Shown: positions 27,401 through 36,044, numbered from the stretch's first letter. The stretch: DNA of 37,262 nt from a virus (IMGVR_UViG_3300038334_000121:1-37262); one strand, 5' to 3'. A program made the numbers and translations. The notes: generated by a model from the sequence alone, not told the origin.

Positions 27401-27949
27401 ATGCCATTAATACGAACACCTTATACTCTAATTTCAAGCACAAGAAGCGAAATTAGAGATGAACTGATTAATTTATTTTTATTGGAAAACCCTGGAACGG
27501 GAAAGGGAGTCAATTGCTCAAAATATGAGTACACAGTAGAATCATTCTCAGGATACAGCATTGTCCTAAATAGACCCGCAAGATTTAATAAGGGGTTTGA
27601 CTTTACCGTGTCTATACCAACAGCTAATTATTTGTTTAAGAAAACCAATCGATATCACACTCCTAGTCATGACGATATCATACACGCATTGACTTATTCT
27701 CAAGCAAACTATCCAACTCAATATCAATCGGTTAAGCAGCATCTTAATGACGCATACAACTGTATAAATGTTTCTTTTGCATCCGGATCACCACTCGGTT
27801 ATTTTAGTGATTATAATAACATTCTTCACCCTATAGAAATTATTATTCTTGCATCAAAATGGCTTTTCATTGAACAAGACATCACCTATTGGAACTGGTC
27901 AGGTAGAGCTATGTTATGGAATGAACTTGTCAAAAAAAATCTAGTTTAG
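27401..27949 (+). CDS. Hypothetical protein associated with the RM locus
   Basis: AGGAGG RBS; extended -10 TGATATAAT at 27364-27372; KGFDF, PSH and EQDITYWN.SGR segments look catalytic. Confidence 0.75.
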   Translation: MPLIRTPYTLISSTRSEIRDELINLFLLENPGTGKGVNCSKYEYTVESFSGYSIVLNRPARFNKGFDFTVSIPTANYLFKKTNRYHTPSHDDIIHALTYSQANYPTQYQSVKQHLNDAYNCINVSFASGSPLGYFSDYNNILHPIEIIILASKWLFIEQDITYWNWSGRAMLWNELVKKNLV

Positions 27950-27967
27950 AAAAGGATAAAACATATT

Positions 27968-28495
27968 ATGCCAGTAAATATATATGGTGGTGGAGCAACT
28001 ACAAATCAAAATGGTCTTGCATTCGAACAAGAGACAAGTCTTAGAACCGCTTTTGAAAATCAAGGCTACACTGTAGTAAACAGTGAGGTTTTTTTGAATA
28101 TGAATTTAAAAGGCATGATTACTTCAAAACATGGTTTATACAGAGATATTCTTATTCCTAACAATATACTATGGAGCGAAATATTATCTAAGCAACTACT
28201 TCCTGATGAAGTTTTCTATAATTATTCGAATAGAACAATTTATATTATTGAGAAAAAATTCCAAGCTGCAGCTGGTTCTGTAGACGAAAAACTTCAAACT
28301 TGTGATTTCAAAAAACGTCAGTATCAAAAATTACTGAGGGATATGAATGTCACAGTTGAATATATTTATGTCGTTAATGAATGGTTTGATCATCCGTCTT
28401 ATAATGATGTTAAAGAGTATATATCTTTAGTAGGGTGTAGATATTACACAAGAATATTGCCTCTTGAAGCACTAGGATTACTTGAAGATATTTAA
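27968..28495 (+). CDS. PD-(D/E)XK nuclease, restriction-endonuclease-like
   Basis: FE...LPDE...IIEKKFQ...GSVDEKL motif order. Confidence 0.75.
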   Translation: MPVNIYGGGATTNQNGLAFEQETSLRTAFENQGYTVVNSEVFLNMNLKGMITSKHGLYRDILIPNNILWSEILSKQLLPDEVFYNYSNRTIYIIEKKFQAAAGSVDEKLQTCDFKKRQYQKLLRDMNVTVEYIYVVNEWFDHPSYNDVKEYISLVGCRYYTRILPLEALGLLEDI

Positions 28496-28497
28496 TA

Positions 28498-28560
28498 AGA
28501 AAAACTAGGGTATCTTTAGCTATCTTCCAATGGTAAATAGCACATATCCTAGTTTTTTCT
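28498..28560. terminator. Inverted repeat between convergent genes, probable bidirectional terminator
   Basis: AGAAAAACTAGG...CCTAGTTTTTTCT arms with further internal pairing. Confidence 0.6.
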
Positions 28561-29419
28561 ATTTTAATTTTTCAGCAAAAATACCACATTCTAAATCGTT
28601 AATGTTATACATATCTTCTAGGGTGTTAAAGGTTTCCTCTAGATTATATCTAGCAGAGTACCACCCTTGCCCATCTGTTATCCAAATAAATCGAAATCCT
28701 TGTATATTTTGCGACTCTGATGCAATCATTTTATAGCTTCTAGCAGTTTCATTTAATTTTGAACCTCCACCACCATAGAAATTGACCTCTATACCGTATA
28801 CTAAATTGGGTGTTTTAACGACAAAATCAAATCGTTTATCTGCTTTTTCTTCACCGTTCAAGTTTGATAAATCAACCCCAAAGAGTCTATTTATGTCTTT
28901 TGCAGTCATTTGAGAAAAATATGTTTTATTTTTAATGAATCCGAGCTTCACTAAATAGTTTTCAACAAAATTTTCCATTGCTTTGCCGGTTCTATTTTTT
29001 CTTGCATTAGAATCTAGGCCGACCTCGACGCCTTTTACGTAATCTGTTAAGTCCCTGATTATATGTCTTGAGATTAAGTCAAACAACCCTGTATTTTTCA
29101 TGAACAGCACGTATTCTTCAATAGAGTAGTTCGCACTAATAAAATTATAGATTCGATACCCATCGGCATCTGTAATCTTAATCTCATATTCTCTCTTAGC
29201 TAAAAGAATTGGAATCACTCTCAATACTTCTGGATACTTTGAAACAAGAACCCTAAAATCATTCTCAACATCTGTTGAACCAATTAAACTGTTCAAAAGA
29301 TTAAGTTCGAATTTTAGTAATTCAACATTTTTATATACTTTATCAAAATCTGTATAATACTTCCAGTCAGCAATGCTTTCTTTAAATGTCGATAGCCAAT
29401 TGTTGAAATTTCTCTTCAT
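28559..29419 (-). CDS. dpnB: DpnII/MboI-family type II restriction endonuclease (GATC)
   Basis: GVEVGLDSNARKNRTG, KRFDFV, IEVNFY..GGSKLNETARSY and FIWITDG motifs. Confidence 0.93.
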   Translation of the reverse strand: MKRNFNNWLSTFKESIADWKYYTDFDKVYKNVELLKFELNLLNSLIGSTDVENDFRVLVSKYPEVLRVIPILLAKREYEIKITDADGYRIYNFISANYSIEEYVLFMKNTGLFDLISRHIIRDLTDYVKGVEVGLDSNARKNRTGKAMENFVENYLVKLGFIKNKTYFSQMTAKDINRLFGVDLSNLNGEEKADKRFDFVVKTPNLVYGIEVNFYGGGGSKLNETARSYKMIASESQNIQGFRFIWITDGQGWYSARYNLEETFNTLEDMYNINDLECGIFAEKLK

Positions 29420-30212
29420 TTTTATCACCCTTATGACTATTATACCTTCTTAAGGTTAAATCTAAATAAGATTTCTCAAAATCGATTCCTATAAATTTTC
29501 GATTATGTATCATTGCTGCGATACCTGTTGTGCCACTTCCAGTAAATGGATCAAGGATTATGTCACCAGGTTTTGTAGACGATTGGATGATTCTTTCTAA
29601 TAGTGCTAATGGTTTTTGTGTAGGATGCTTACCCATCTTTTTTTCAGATGGTTTTGTTAATGAATACTCCCAAACATCTTTCATTTGCTTCCCACCATTT
29701 TCAGATTTCATCAAGTTGTAATTAAATAAATGATTCCCTTTTTTTGTGGGACTAATGATTTTTCTTGCCCACAAAACTGTCTCTGTGGAATGAGTAAATG
29801 CTCGGGTTGAAATGTTTGGTGGTGGATTTAGCTTTCGCCAAGTTATGTTGTTAATAATACTAAAACCTTCTAATTCAAGAGCTACTCCAATATAGTAAAT
29901 GTTATGCATCGTCCCGCTAATCCAGATAGTCCCATCTTTTTTTAGTGCATTTTTACATAACTTAATCCACTTGCGATTGTAAGCCAATTTCTCAGATGTA
30001 GAAAGTCCTTTATCCCATTCTGCCTTGTCTACTGATACCATTTTTCCTGAATGAACTGTTATCCCACCATTAGATAAGAAATATGGCGGATCAGCGAATA
30101 TCATATCTATTGATTCTTTTTCCAAAATACGAAGCAACTTAAAAGAATCTCCAAGTAATAATGTGAAGTTTTCATCACTAAAATATGTGTATTTACTAAT
30201 TGTTGTCGACAT
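29382..30212 (-). CDS. dpnA: DpnA-like beta-class adenine methyltransferase
   Basis: DMIFADPPYFLSNGGIT, HPTQKP and LDPFTGSGTTG motifs; start moved to MSTTISK. Confidence 0.9.
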   Translation of the reverse strand: MSTTISKYTYFSDENFTLLLGDSFKLLRILEKESIDMIFADPPYFLSNGGITVHSGKMVSVDKAEWDKGLSTSEKLAYNRKWIKLCKNALKKDGTIWISGTMHNIYYIGVALELEGFSIINNITWRKLNPPPNISTRAFTHSTETVLWARKIISPTKKGNHLFNYNLMKSENGGKQMKDVWEYSLTKPSEKKMGKHPTQKPLALLERIIQSSTKPGDIILDPFTGSGTTGIAAMIHNRKFIGIDFEKSYLDLTLRRYNSHKGDKNEEKFQQLAIDI

Positions 30213-31290
30213 GATTGTTATCCGTTGAGTAATTTGTGATGATGACTTCTTCAACATTTCCTCGTCCAGACGATAGCGAATTAATGCTCCGTCTTGCATT
30301 GATTACCCTTATATTAAATTGGCTGTATAGTTCACGAATAAAATCTGTGTTGTGATTACTTAGCATTACTTTCACACCTCGATTATCAAGATCTTTAAAT
30401 ACACTCGAAAGTCTTCTTTGCTCTTCCTTACCAAATACATTTTTAGTATAAGTCGTGAAATTATTCTTATCTTCAAAAGTATCATATGGAGGATCAAAAT
30501 ACACGAAATCTCCTTTTGTTGCTGAAGATACAGCTTCTTCGAAATCAGCGTTCAAAATAGAAATAGTTTCAAGTGATAAATACGTTGATAAATTATTATA
30601 CAATGACTCATCATATGCATTCACAGAAACATATTTTCCGGAGGGTACATTAAAATATCCTTTTGAATTAACCCTATACAGTCCATTAAAACAAGATTTG
30701 TTGAGATAGATCATTCTTGCAGCTCGTTTATAATTGGGTAAATCATGAAACCCAGGTTCACGATCCATCTCTCTTACCTGGTAATAATACTCCTCATTAT
30801 GATTCTTCTGATGATATAGTATTTCATCAATCATTAGTCTATAATCTTTGTCATCTTTAAAGCATCTATAAGCGGTGATCAACTCTAAATTATAATCAGA
30901 AACAATAGCTTTAATAGGTTTTAGCTGAAACAAAAGAGCTCCACCGCCTAGAAATGGTTCAAAATAGGTGCTATATGAATTGGGTATCAGTTTAAGTATC
31001 TCTTGAATAATTTGTGTTTTTCCACCAGCCCACTTAACAAATGGCTTAAGTGCAATTTTTGATATCTCTTGTTTTTTGCCTATTACATCATAATCAAATA
31101 GTTCTGTCATAGTAATATTTAATGCTTCACTTAGTTTAAATACAGTGTCTAATGTTGGATTAATCTGTCCGTTCTCGATTCTTGAAATCTGTTCTCTAAC
31201 AATTCCAGTGGCTTGAGCCAACTTTGCTTGTGGCAAATTCTGCTTTTCACGCAAATATTTAATTCTTTCTCCAAATGTGTTTAATATCAT
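30196..31290 (-). CDS. dpnM: Dam/DpnM-like GATC adenine methyltransferase fused to an N-terminal XRE (C-protein-like) HTH
   Basis: FGERIKYLR...IENGQINPTL HTH, then KWAGGK, EPFLGGGA, FNGLYRVN and YFDPPY. Confidence 0.92.
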   Translation of the reverse strand: MILNTFGERIKYLREKQNLPQAKLAQATGIVREQISRIENGQINPTLDTVFKLSEALNITMTELFDYDVIGKKQEISKIALKPFVKWAGGKTQIIQEILKLIPNSYSTYFEPFLGGGALLFQLKPIKAIVSDYNLELITAYRCFKDDKDYRLMIDEILYHQKNHNEEYYYQVREMDREPGFHDLPNYKRAARMIYLNKSCFNGLYRVNSKGYFNVPSGKYVSVNAYDESLYNNLSTYLSLETISILNADFEEAVSSATKGDFVYFDPPYDTFEDKNNFTTYTKNVFGKEEQRRLSSVFKDLDNRGVKVMLSNHNTDFIRELYSQFNIRVINARRSINSLSSGRGNVEEVIITNYSTDNNHVDNN

Positions 31291-31306
31291 TTTATCACCT
31301 ACAATC

Positions 31307-31337
31307 ATTATAACACGACTGTGCATTTTAATGCACA
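31307..31337 (-). promoter_or_regulatory. RM promoter with palindromic operator (C-box-like)
   Basis: TGTGCATT-N2-AATGCACA (31320-31337) just upstream of extended -10 TGTTATAAT (31307-31315). Confidence 0.7.
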
Positions 31338-31350
31338 ATATTATGCTATT

Positions 31351-31794
31351 TCAACAACTTTTTTTATTAATCATATTTCTTGATAACGAAAACCAAGTTC
31401 TTATTATTTTTTGCTTCATCATCTTAACTTTTTTGATATTAGTTTGGTCACTTTTAAGAATATTTTGTTGAAGCATATTGTTAACATAAACTGCAATTTC
31501 ATCACAGTTTAAAACCTTTTGAAATTCTATTGATTCAACAATCACTCTTCGGTTTTCATGTATGATTGATTCAAGTTGATCTACCTTATCCAACCAATAC
31601 AACAATTCACTATCTCCAGATGAACGTGAACCTGAAGATCCAATGCGATCGTATGACACACCTTTATATCCAATAAGTTTCATATTATAGAATTCCAGTT
31701 TTTCATGGAGTTCTTTTTCTTTTCTAATCGCTCTTCTCACATCATCAATCCACTTGTAAAAGGGTTCGTTTAATCCACGATTCGAATGACTCAT
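31351..31794 (-). CDS. Hypothetical protein, possible late-gene regulator (ArpU/RinA position)
   Basis: Follows the replication gene; coiled coil with KGVSYD motif; AGGAGG RBS. Confidence 0.5.
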   Translation of the reverse strand: MSHSNRGLNEPFYKWIDDVRRAIRKEKELHEKLEFYNMKLIGYKGVSYDRIGSSGSRSSGDSELLYWLDKVDQLESIIHENRRVIVESIEFQKVLNCDEIAVYVNNMLQQNILKSDQTNIKKVKMMKQKIIRTWFSLSRNMINKKSC

Positions 31795-32668
31795 TTGACA
31801 TCTTCCTCCTGTGTTCAAATTGTTTTAAATTGTTTTGAAGTGAATCTCTCATAAATGCAAACTTATCCTCTATGGGTGGATTAGGATTCTTTGAGTATTT
31901 AACAACATAGTCCACAGCTGATAGAACGTCTTCAAATCCATAACCTCTGATGGTTTCTTCAAAGAGAATGTTATATTTGATGACATCGAGAGAGGTTTCA
32001 TCGATGTATTTGTTTTTGATTAAAGAATTAGTAATAAAATGTAATTTAGGGAGGCCGTATGGCCCTTTATCTTCTTTATCCTCTTTATCATTTTTTCTTT
32101 CTTTTTTCTTTTCTTTTTCTTTTTGTGTACTTTTGTCTACATTAACTCGGTTATTGTCAGTATTAACTTGATTATTGCTAACATTAACGCCGTTTGTGTC
32201 TACATTAATCAGATTATTGTCGACAGTAATGTTTTTGTTTGTTTTATTGAAAATGCTTAATTCTAGCATCGTTTTTTCATCGAGTAACCAGTACTTATCA
32301 GCACCAGTGTTTTTTCGTCTTCGGGTAGATAGGATGAACTGTTTTTGAATCGATTTTGATGTGATCACATCGTCTTTTAATAGATCATTGTTGAAAAGAC
32401 CAACCTTTCCACAGTACACAATCACCTCTTCAATATCCACTGGATTTGGAGCCCAGTTTGCACCGATGCTTTTCACCAGCGTCTTTGCTAATGATGAGAT
32501 TGATTTTTCTAGAAAGTAGCCATTCGCATAAATCATCGCTAAAAGTCTGATATAGATAATCTCACCAAAATAACCGAAAGCAAGATTAAGGTCTTGAATC
32601 TTTTCATCTTCAAAAATGTTCACGTCCAGAGGAAAGTATTGTAAGCCTTGTTTGAATGGTCGTGCCAT
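31745..32668 (-). CDS. Phage replication initiator (DUF4373 / Lin1244-like)
   Basis: MARPFKQGLQYFPLDV..F.D.KI and ITSKSIQ motifs; repeat linker; C-terminal helical domain. Confidence 0.85.
   Translation of the reverse strand: MARPFKQGLQYFPLDVNIFEDEKIQDLNLAFGYFGEIIYIRLLAMIYANGYFLEKSISSLAKTLVKSIGANWAPNPVDIEEVIVYCGKVGLFNNDLLKDDVITSKSIQKQFILSTRRRKNTGADKYWLLDEKTMLELSIFNKTNKNITVDNNLINVDTNGVNVSNNQVNTDNNRVNVDKSTQKEKEKKKERKNDKEDKEDKGPYGLPKLHFITNSLIKNKYIDETSLDVIKYNILFEETIRGYGFEDVLSAVDYVVKYSKNPNPPIEDKFAFMRDSLQNNLKQFEHRRKMSNESFESWIKRTLLQVD
32068..32231. repeat. Probable replication origin: 21-bp iterons and an adjacent T-rich tract inside the initiator gene
   Basis: Units of about TTGTCTACATTAAC-N7 start at 32133, 32154, 32175, 32196 and 32217; polypyrimidine tract at about 32068-32124. 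Confidence 0.75.
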
Positions 32669-32727
32669 AAGTTTTCCCTTTCGTGAGTATAGTTAAAAAC
32701 CGCCCATTTTGGGCAATTACTAAATGA

Positions 32728-32816
32728 CACTTGAACGCCACTTCACGCCTACTTGATAACCACTTGAACACTACTTGGTGTATAGTTCACGTTTCTGTTC
32801 ACAAGCATTATCGGTA
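32728..32816. repeat. Array element copy 2: six 11-bp-period repeats plus 22-bp core
   Basis: Hexamers start at 32728, 32739, 32750, 32761, 32772 and 32783; core CTGTTCACAAGCATTATCGGTA at 32795-32816 (21/22 identical to copy 1). Confidence 0.9.
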
Positions 32817-32842
32817 AGTGTGAAGCAGCTAACCACGTGTCT

Positions 32843-33034
32843 TTACTTCATGTTTCGTTGAATGAATTCATCTAAGTGTTCTTGAGTGACTCGCCATTGG
32901 TTCCCAACCTTGAAAGCTTTGATTTTCTTGGACTTGATATACTTTAAAAGAGTCGGCCTTTTGACTTGTAGTATCTCTTGAAGCTCATTCACGCTATAGA
33001 CATTCTCATTTTTCTTTCCGTTGTTTGTTTCCAT
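32843..33034 (-). CDS. Excisionase-like winged HTH protein
   Basis: YSVNELQEILQV...TL..YI...KIKAFKVGNQWRV motif. Confidence 0.88.
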   Translation of the reverse strand: METNNGKKNENVYSVNELQEILQVKRPTLLKYIKSKKIKAFKVGNQWRVTQEHLDEFIQRNMK

Positions 33035-33749
33035 CGTATTCTTTTAGTATCCTTTCGATGAATGTAATTCCGCCTTTATAGACGTATGTTTTAGTTGATT
33101 TGATAACTGTTCCACCCGATACCACTTTCGCTTCAACGACTCTGAAATATTTCTTATCACAGAAGTCTTGAAACGGTATGTTCTGCTCATCTAAAACATG
33201 GGTAGTTCTTAGAATCTTTAATAAGACATCTCTACCGATATTTTTGAAGCGTATCACTTCATGAACCATATCTAGATCCACACAACTTGTAGTTCCTAAC
33301 AAGTTATCAATGGCTTTGATTTTTGGTGTATTCATTTTGAGTGTGGTTTCTAGGACGTTCGCTCTTACTTTCAATTCTTGAAACTCATCCAGGAACTCGA
33401 TAATCTTATCCGGATTCTCAAAATCCTCTATCTGATAGATGCCATAACGGATGAGCTGAGGTAATACGGTACGATATAACCAATCTCCAATCACTTCTGC
33501 GTCTTTGCGCTTGGATTGGAAGAATATGGTAGATAGGTGGTCTGCGGTAACAAAGAACATATTTTGATGTGTTTTATCGTGGGGAACGCTCACAAGCTTA
33601 ATACTGGTGTCGTTCAGTTTGGTCCGGACTTCTGATACGCTTTTAATCTCAAACATGCGACAGAGATCCTTCAGGTTGAAGCAAGGTTCGTCATCCACTA
33701 TCGTGGCACGAACTTTGCCATAGGCATTGTGTTCAAACTCTCTAATCAT
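33006..33749 (-). CDS. BRO-N / KilAC phage antirepressor
   Basis: GKVRA...EPCFNLKDLC N-terminus and PFQ...YFRV...TYV..GG C-terminus. Confidence 0.85.
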   Translation of the reverse strand: MIREFEHNAYGKVRATIVDDEPCFNLKDLCRMFEIKSVSEVRTKLNDTSIKLVSVPHDKTHQNMFFVTADHLSTIFFQSKRKDAEVIGDWLYRTVLPQLIRYGIYQIEDFENPDKIIEFLDEFQELKVRANVLETTLKMNTPKIKAIDNLLGTTSCVDLDMVHEVIRFKNIGRDVLLKILRTTHVLDEQNIPFQDFCDKKYFRVVEAKVVSGGTVIKSTKTYVYKGGITFIERILKEYDGNKQRKEK

Positions 33750-33760
33750 AGGTTTTCCCT

Positions 33761-34681
33761 TCACTTTTTCTTTTTGGTAGTTTGGAATAGCGCTGTGCTT
33801 ATCTGCCACTCAAGATGATTCTTAGCTTTGCTCAATCGGTGAGCATAAATCTTCGTGGTAGATATGTCTTTATGGCGCATTAATTGCTGTGCTGCATCTA
33901 AATCTCCACCCAAGTCCAGCGCTAAAGAAGCTGCTGTATGCCTAAGGCTATGGGCAGAATACTTGGGATCATCGATCCCGATATCTCTGAGCATTTCTTT
34001 AACCACCATACTAATCATTCGTGTTCTTAGTCTTGTTCCCTGATAGGGTTTCGTATGATTAATGAAGAGTGGTTTATATTCATCTTGTCGCTCGATCAAA
34101 TATTCTTCAATCAAGCCATACACTTCTGGAGAGAGTTTGACATACGCATCCTTCTCATCGTGACCTTTACCCATGATGTATAACACCTTGGTTTCATCCA
34201 CGAAGCTGATATCATCCACATCTGCTCTTTCCACTTCAATCGTTCTTAATCCGGTTGTTAATAATAGTGCGATCAGAGCATGATCTCTTTTTCCAATGAT
34301 GCTCTTACTCGCATAGCGTTTAGCTCTGTTTAATAGTTTAATAGCCGCTTCAAGAGATAATGATTCTCTCTTAAAGTCGGATTCAATCTTCATACCTTTT
34401 ACACCTTCAGCTGCATTGGGTCCAAATCCTTCAATGTAGTACCATCGATAAAATCCCCTTATGACTACAATGTGTTTTTGAACGGATGCAGCTCTTAGCC
34501 TGGACTTTAGTTGTTCACGATAAGCCATGACATCTTGCCTGGTTGGTAGGTTAGGCAAGCCATCAACGAACTCAGCGAACTGGGCAAGCATCTTCCCGTA
34601 GGAACGCTTGGTGTTTTCTTTGATATCGAATCTTTGGATATAAATATCGATAATCTCTCGAAAAAAGCCCTTGTCGTCCAT
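33761..34681 (-). CDS. Tyrosine recombinase (XerC/D-like)
   Basis: TGLR, GKG, HSLRH and RH...TTKIY; catalytic residues intact. Confidence 0.95.
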   Translation of the reverse strand: MDDKGFFREIIDIYIQRFDIKENTKRSYGKMLAQFAEFVDGLPNLPTRQDVMAYREQLKSRLRAASVQKHIVVIRGFYRWYYIEGFGPNAAEGVKGMKIESDFKRESLSLEAAIKLLNRAKRYASKSIIGKRDHALIALLLTTGLRTIEVERADVDDISFVDETKVLYIMGKGHDEKDAYVKLSPEVYGLIEEYLIERQDEYKPLFINHTKPYQGTRLRTRMISMVVKEMLRDIGIDDPKYSAHSLRHTAASLALDLGGDLDAAQQLMRHKDISTTKIYAHRLSKAKNHLEWQISTALFQTTKKKK

Positions 34682-34732
34682 TTTTATCCTTTCAATGGTT
34701 TGTTATTTTAGTAATGAGTTGTATAATCGGAA

Positions 34733-34801
34733 TTGTAGAAGGGCGGTCGCTTTTCTACTGGCCAGGTTTGTACCCCAAATACAAGCTTGGCGTCTTTTTT
34801 T
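34733..34801 (+). ncRNA. Candidate small antisense RNA (about 68 nt)
   Basis: TATAAT at 34722-34727; two hairpins whose G-U pairs form only on the plus strand; T7 tract at 34795-34801. Confidence 0.55.
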
Positions 34802-35093
34802 ACTTCATCCGATTGAATTCGTTGTGTTTCTTTACATGTTCACTCTCGAGCTCTAGAAATTTGATCGCATCGATCTGCAGGACTCTGATGAGTTCTAATA
34901 CGAGTGGTATCGGTAGTTTCTGACCCCTTCGGCCACTCTCTATTTGGTAATAGTAATAATGAGAGAGATTTAACATTCTGGATACTTCCTCCACGGATAA
35001 ACCCAGATTGTTTCTGTGTTCAATAAGATAAAACCTTGGTAGCGGTGTGGCTCGGTCGCGATTCTGAACTTTCCCTGTTCCGTTGACAGGCAT
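34800..35093 (-). CDS. XRE-family HTH protein (Cro-like)
   Basis: LIEHRNNLGLSVEEVS...YYQIESGRR; AAAGGAGG RBS; divergent from the repressor. Confidence 0.85.
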   Translation of the reverse strand: MPVNGTGKVQNRDRATPLPRFYLIEHRNNLGLSVEEVSRMLNLSHYYYYQIESGRRGQKLPIPLVLELIRVLQIDAIKFLELESEHVKKHNEFNRMK

Positions 35094-35262
35094 GTACTTT
35101 CCTCCTTTCATCAAATTCGATGGTGCCTTGATTATATGAGAAAGCAATCTATCAAAAAATAACTTGGAGAAGGGAAATCACAACAGCAACAAAAAGAGTT
35201 TTCAAATAGCAGAAAACCCTCATTTTTACGATTAAATTGATAGTTAATGTCATCAGTAACAT

Positions 35263-35292
35263 TGACTTGTAAACATTTGTTGTGGTATCATT
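35263..35292 (+). promoter_or_regulatory. Putative repressor promoter
   Basis: TTGACT, 18 bp, TATCAT with a TG extension. Confidence 0.55.
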
Positions 35293-35328
35293 CTTGCGAA
35301 AATATACGAATGTGAAGAGGTGACCTCC

Positions 35329-35925
35329 ATGGTTAAATTAAACACCGAAGATGATTTTAATAATTTGTTCATCTGTGAGAATCTAAAGCGTCTACGTATC
35401 TCACACAATTTATCAACAACCCAAGTAGCTAGCGTCATAAAAAAATCCCGCCAAGGCTATCTCAATTACGAGAACGGCTCCAGGGAGATTGGAATACACG
35501 ATTTAATTAAGCTTTCTCAGTTCTATGGTGTTTCGATTGATCACATAACCGGTAATCCATTCTCAAACAGAATCAATAACACCCTCGCATTCAGAACCTA
35601 CGAGATGGTAGATAATGAGCTCAAGCAAGTCCTACCTTATAATATCAATGCAGAAAATGATGATGTCATTCTGGTGAGATATAACGAGCAAAAAATAGAC
35701 TTCTTCTGGCGTACGCAAACCTATCACAAGAATCAAGTGATGCTCTTTTCATACTATAACCGGCACTATGTCTCTAAGATATTTTACAACATAGATGGCG
35801 GAGGTTGTTTCTTTATTCTTGATGAAATGTTTAACTTTACAAAAGCACAGTCAGAAAACCTTATTATACACGGTATTCATGCAGGTACAATTTCAAAGAA
35901 TTTTCATATTCCTAACTTCTTATAA
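35329..35925 (+). CDS. XRE-family repressor (CI-like)
   Basis: NLKRLR...YLNYENGSRE...FYGVSID HTH plus a C-terminal beta domain; GAGGTG RBS. Confidence 0.85.
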   Translation: MVKLNTEDDFNNLFICENLKRLRISHNLSTTQVASVIKKSRQGYLNYENGSREIGIHDLIKLSQFYGVSIDHITGNPFSNRINNTLAFRTYEMVDNELKQVLPYNINAENDDVILVRYNEQKIDFFWRTQTYHKNQVMLFSYYNRHYVSKIFYNIDGGGCFFILDEMFNFTKAQSENLIIHGIHAGTISKNFHIPNFL

Positions 35926-35939
35926 ACCTTACAATACGT

Positions 35940-35984
35940 TTGTGCCACTGGCATGTAGTTTTAAATTTTCATTAGTGATAAACT
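35940..35984 (+). promoter_or_regulatory. Promoter with second copy of the 19-bp box
   Basis: TTGTGCCACTGGCATGTAG at 35940-35958; TGATAAACT extended -10 at the same spacing as in the late promoter. Confidence 0.7.
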
Positions 35985-36044
35985 ACTGTTGGTAGGTTAG
36001 GCAGCGTCACAAACTCAGTGCTCATTAGGCACGCACTTTCCCTA

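Noticed and set aside
29382-31338. Long overlaps implied by the track's starts for dpnA and dpnM, and similarly for 11698-12180, 14442-14729 and 36018-36281
   Set aside because: Downstream starts with better RBS support remove most overlaps; the 36018 extension runs through a terminator.
32696-32714. Hairpin GCCCA-TTT-TGGGC upstream of the replication gene as a terminator
   Set aside because: Only a 5-bp stem with an offset U tract; too weak to call.
27247-32816. 11-bp arrays as a CRISPR array
   Set aside because: Units are far too short, there are no spacer-sized unique sequences and no cas genes.
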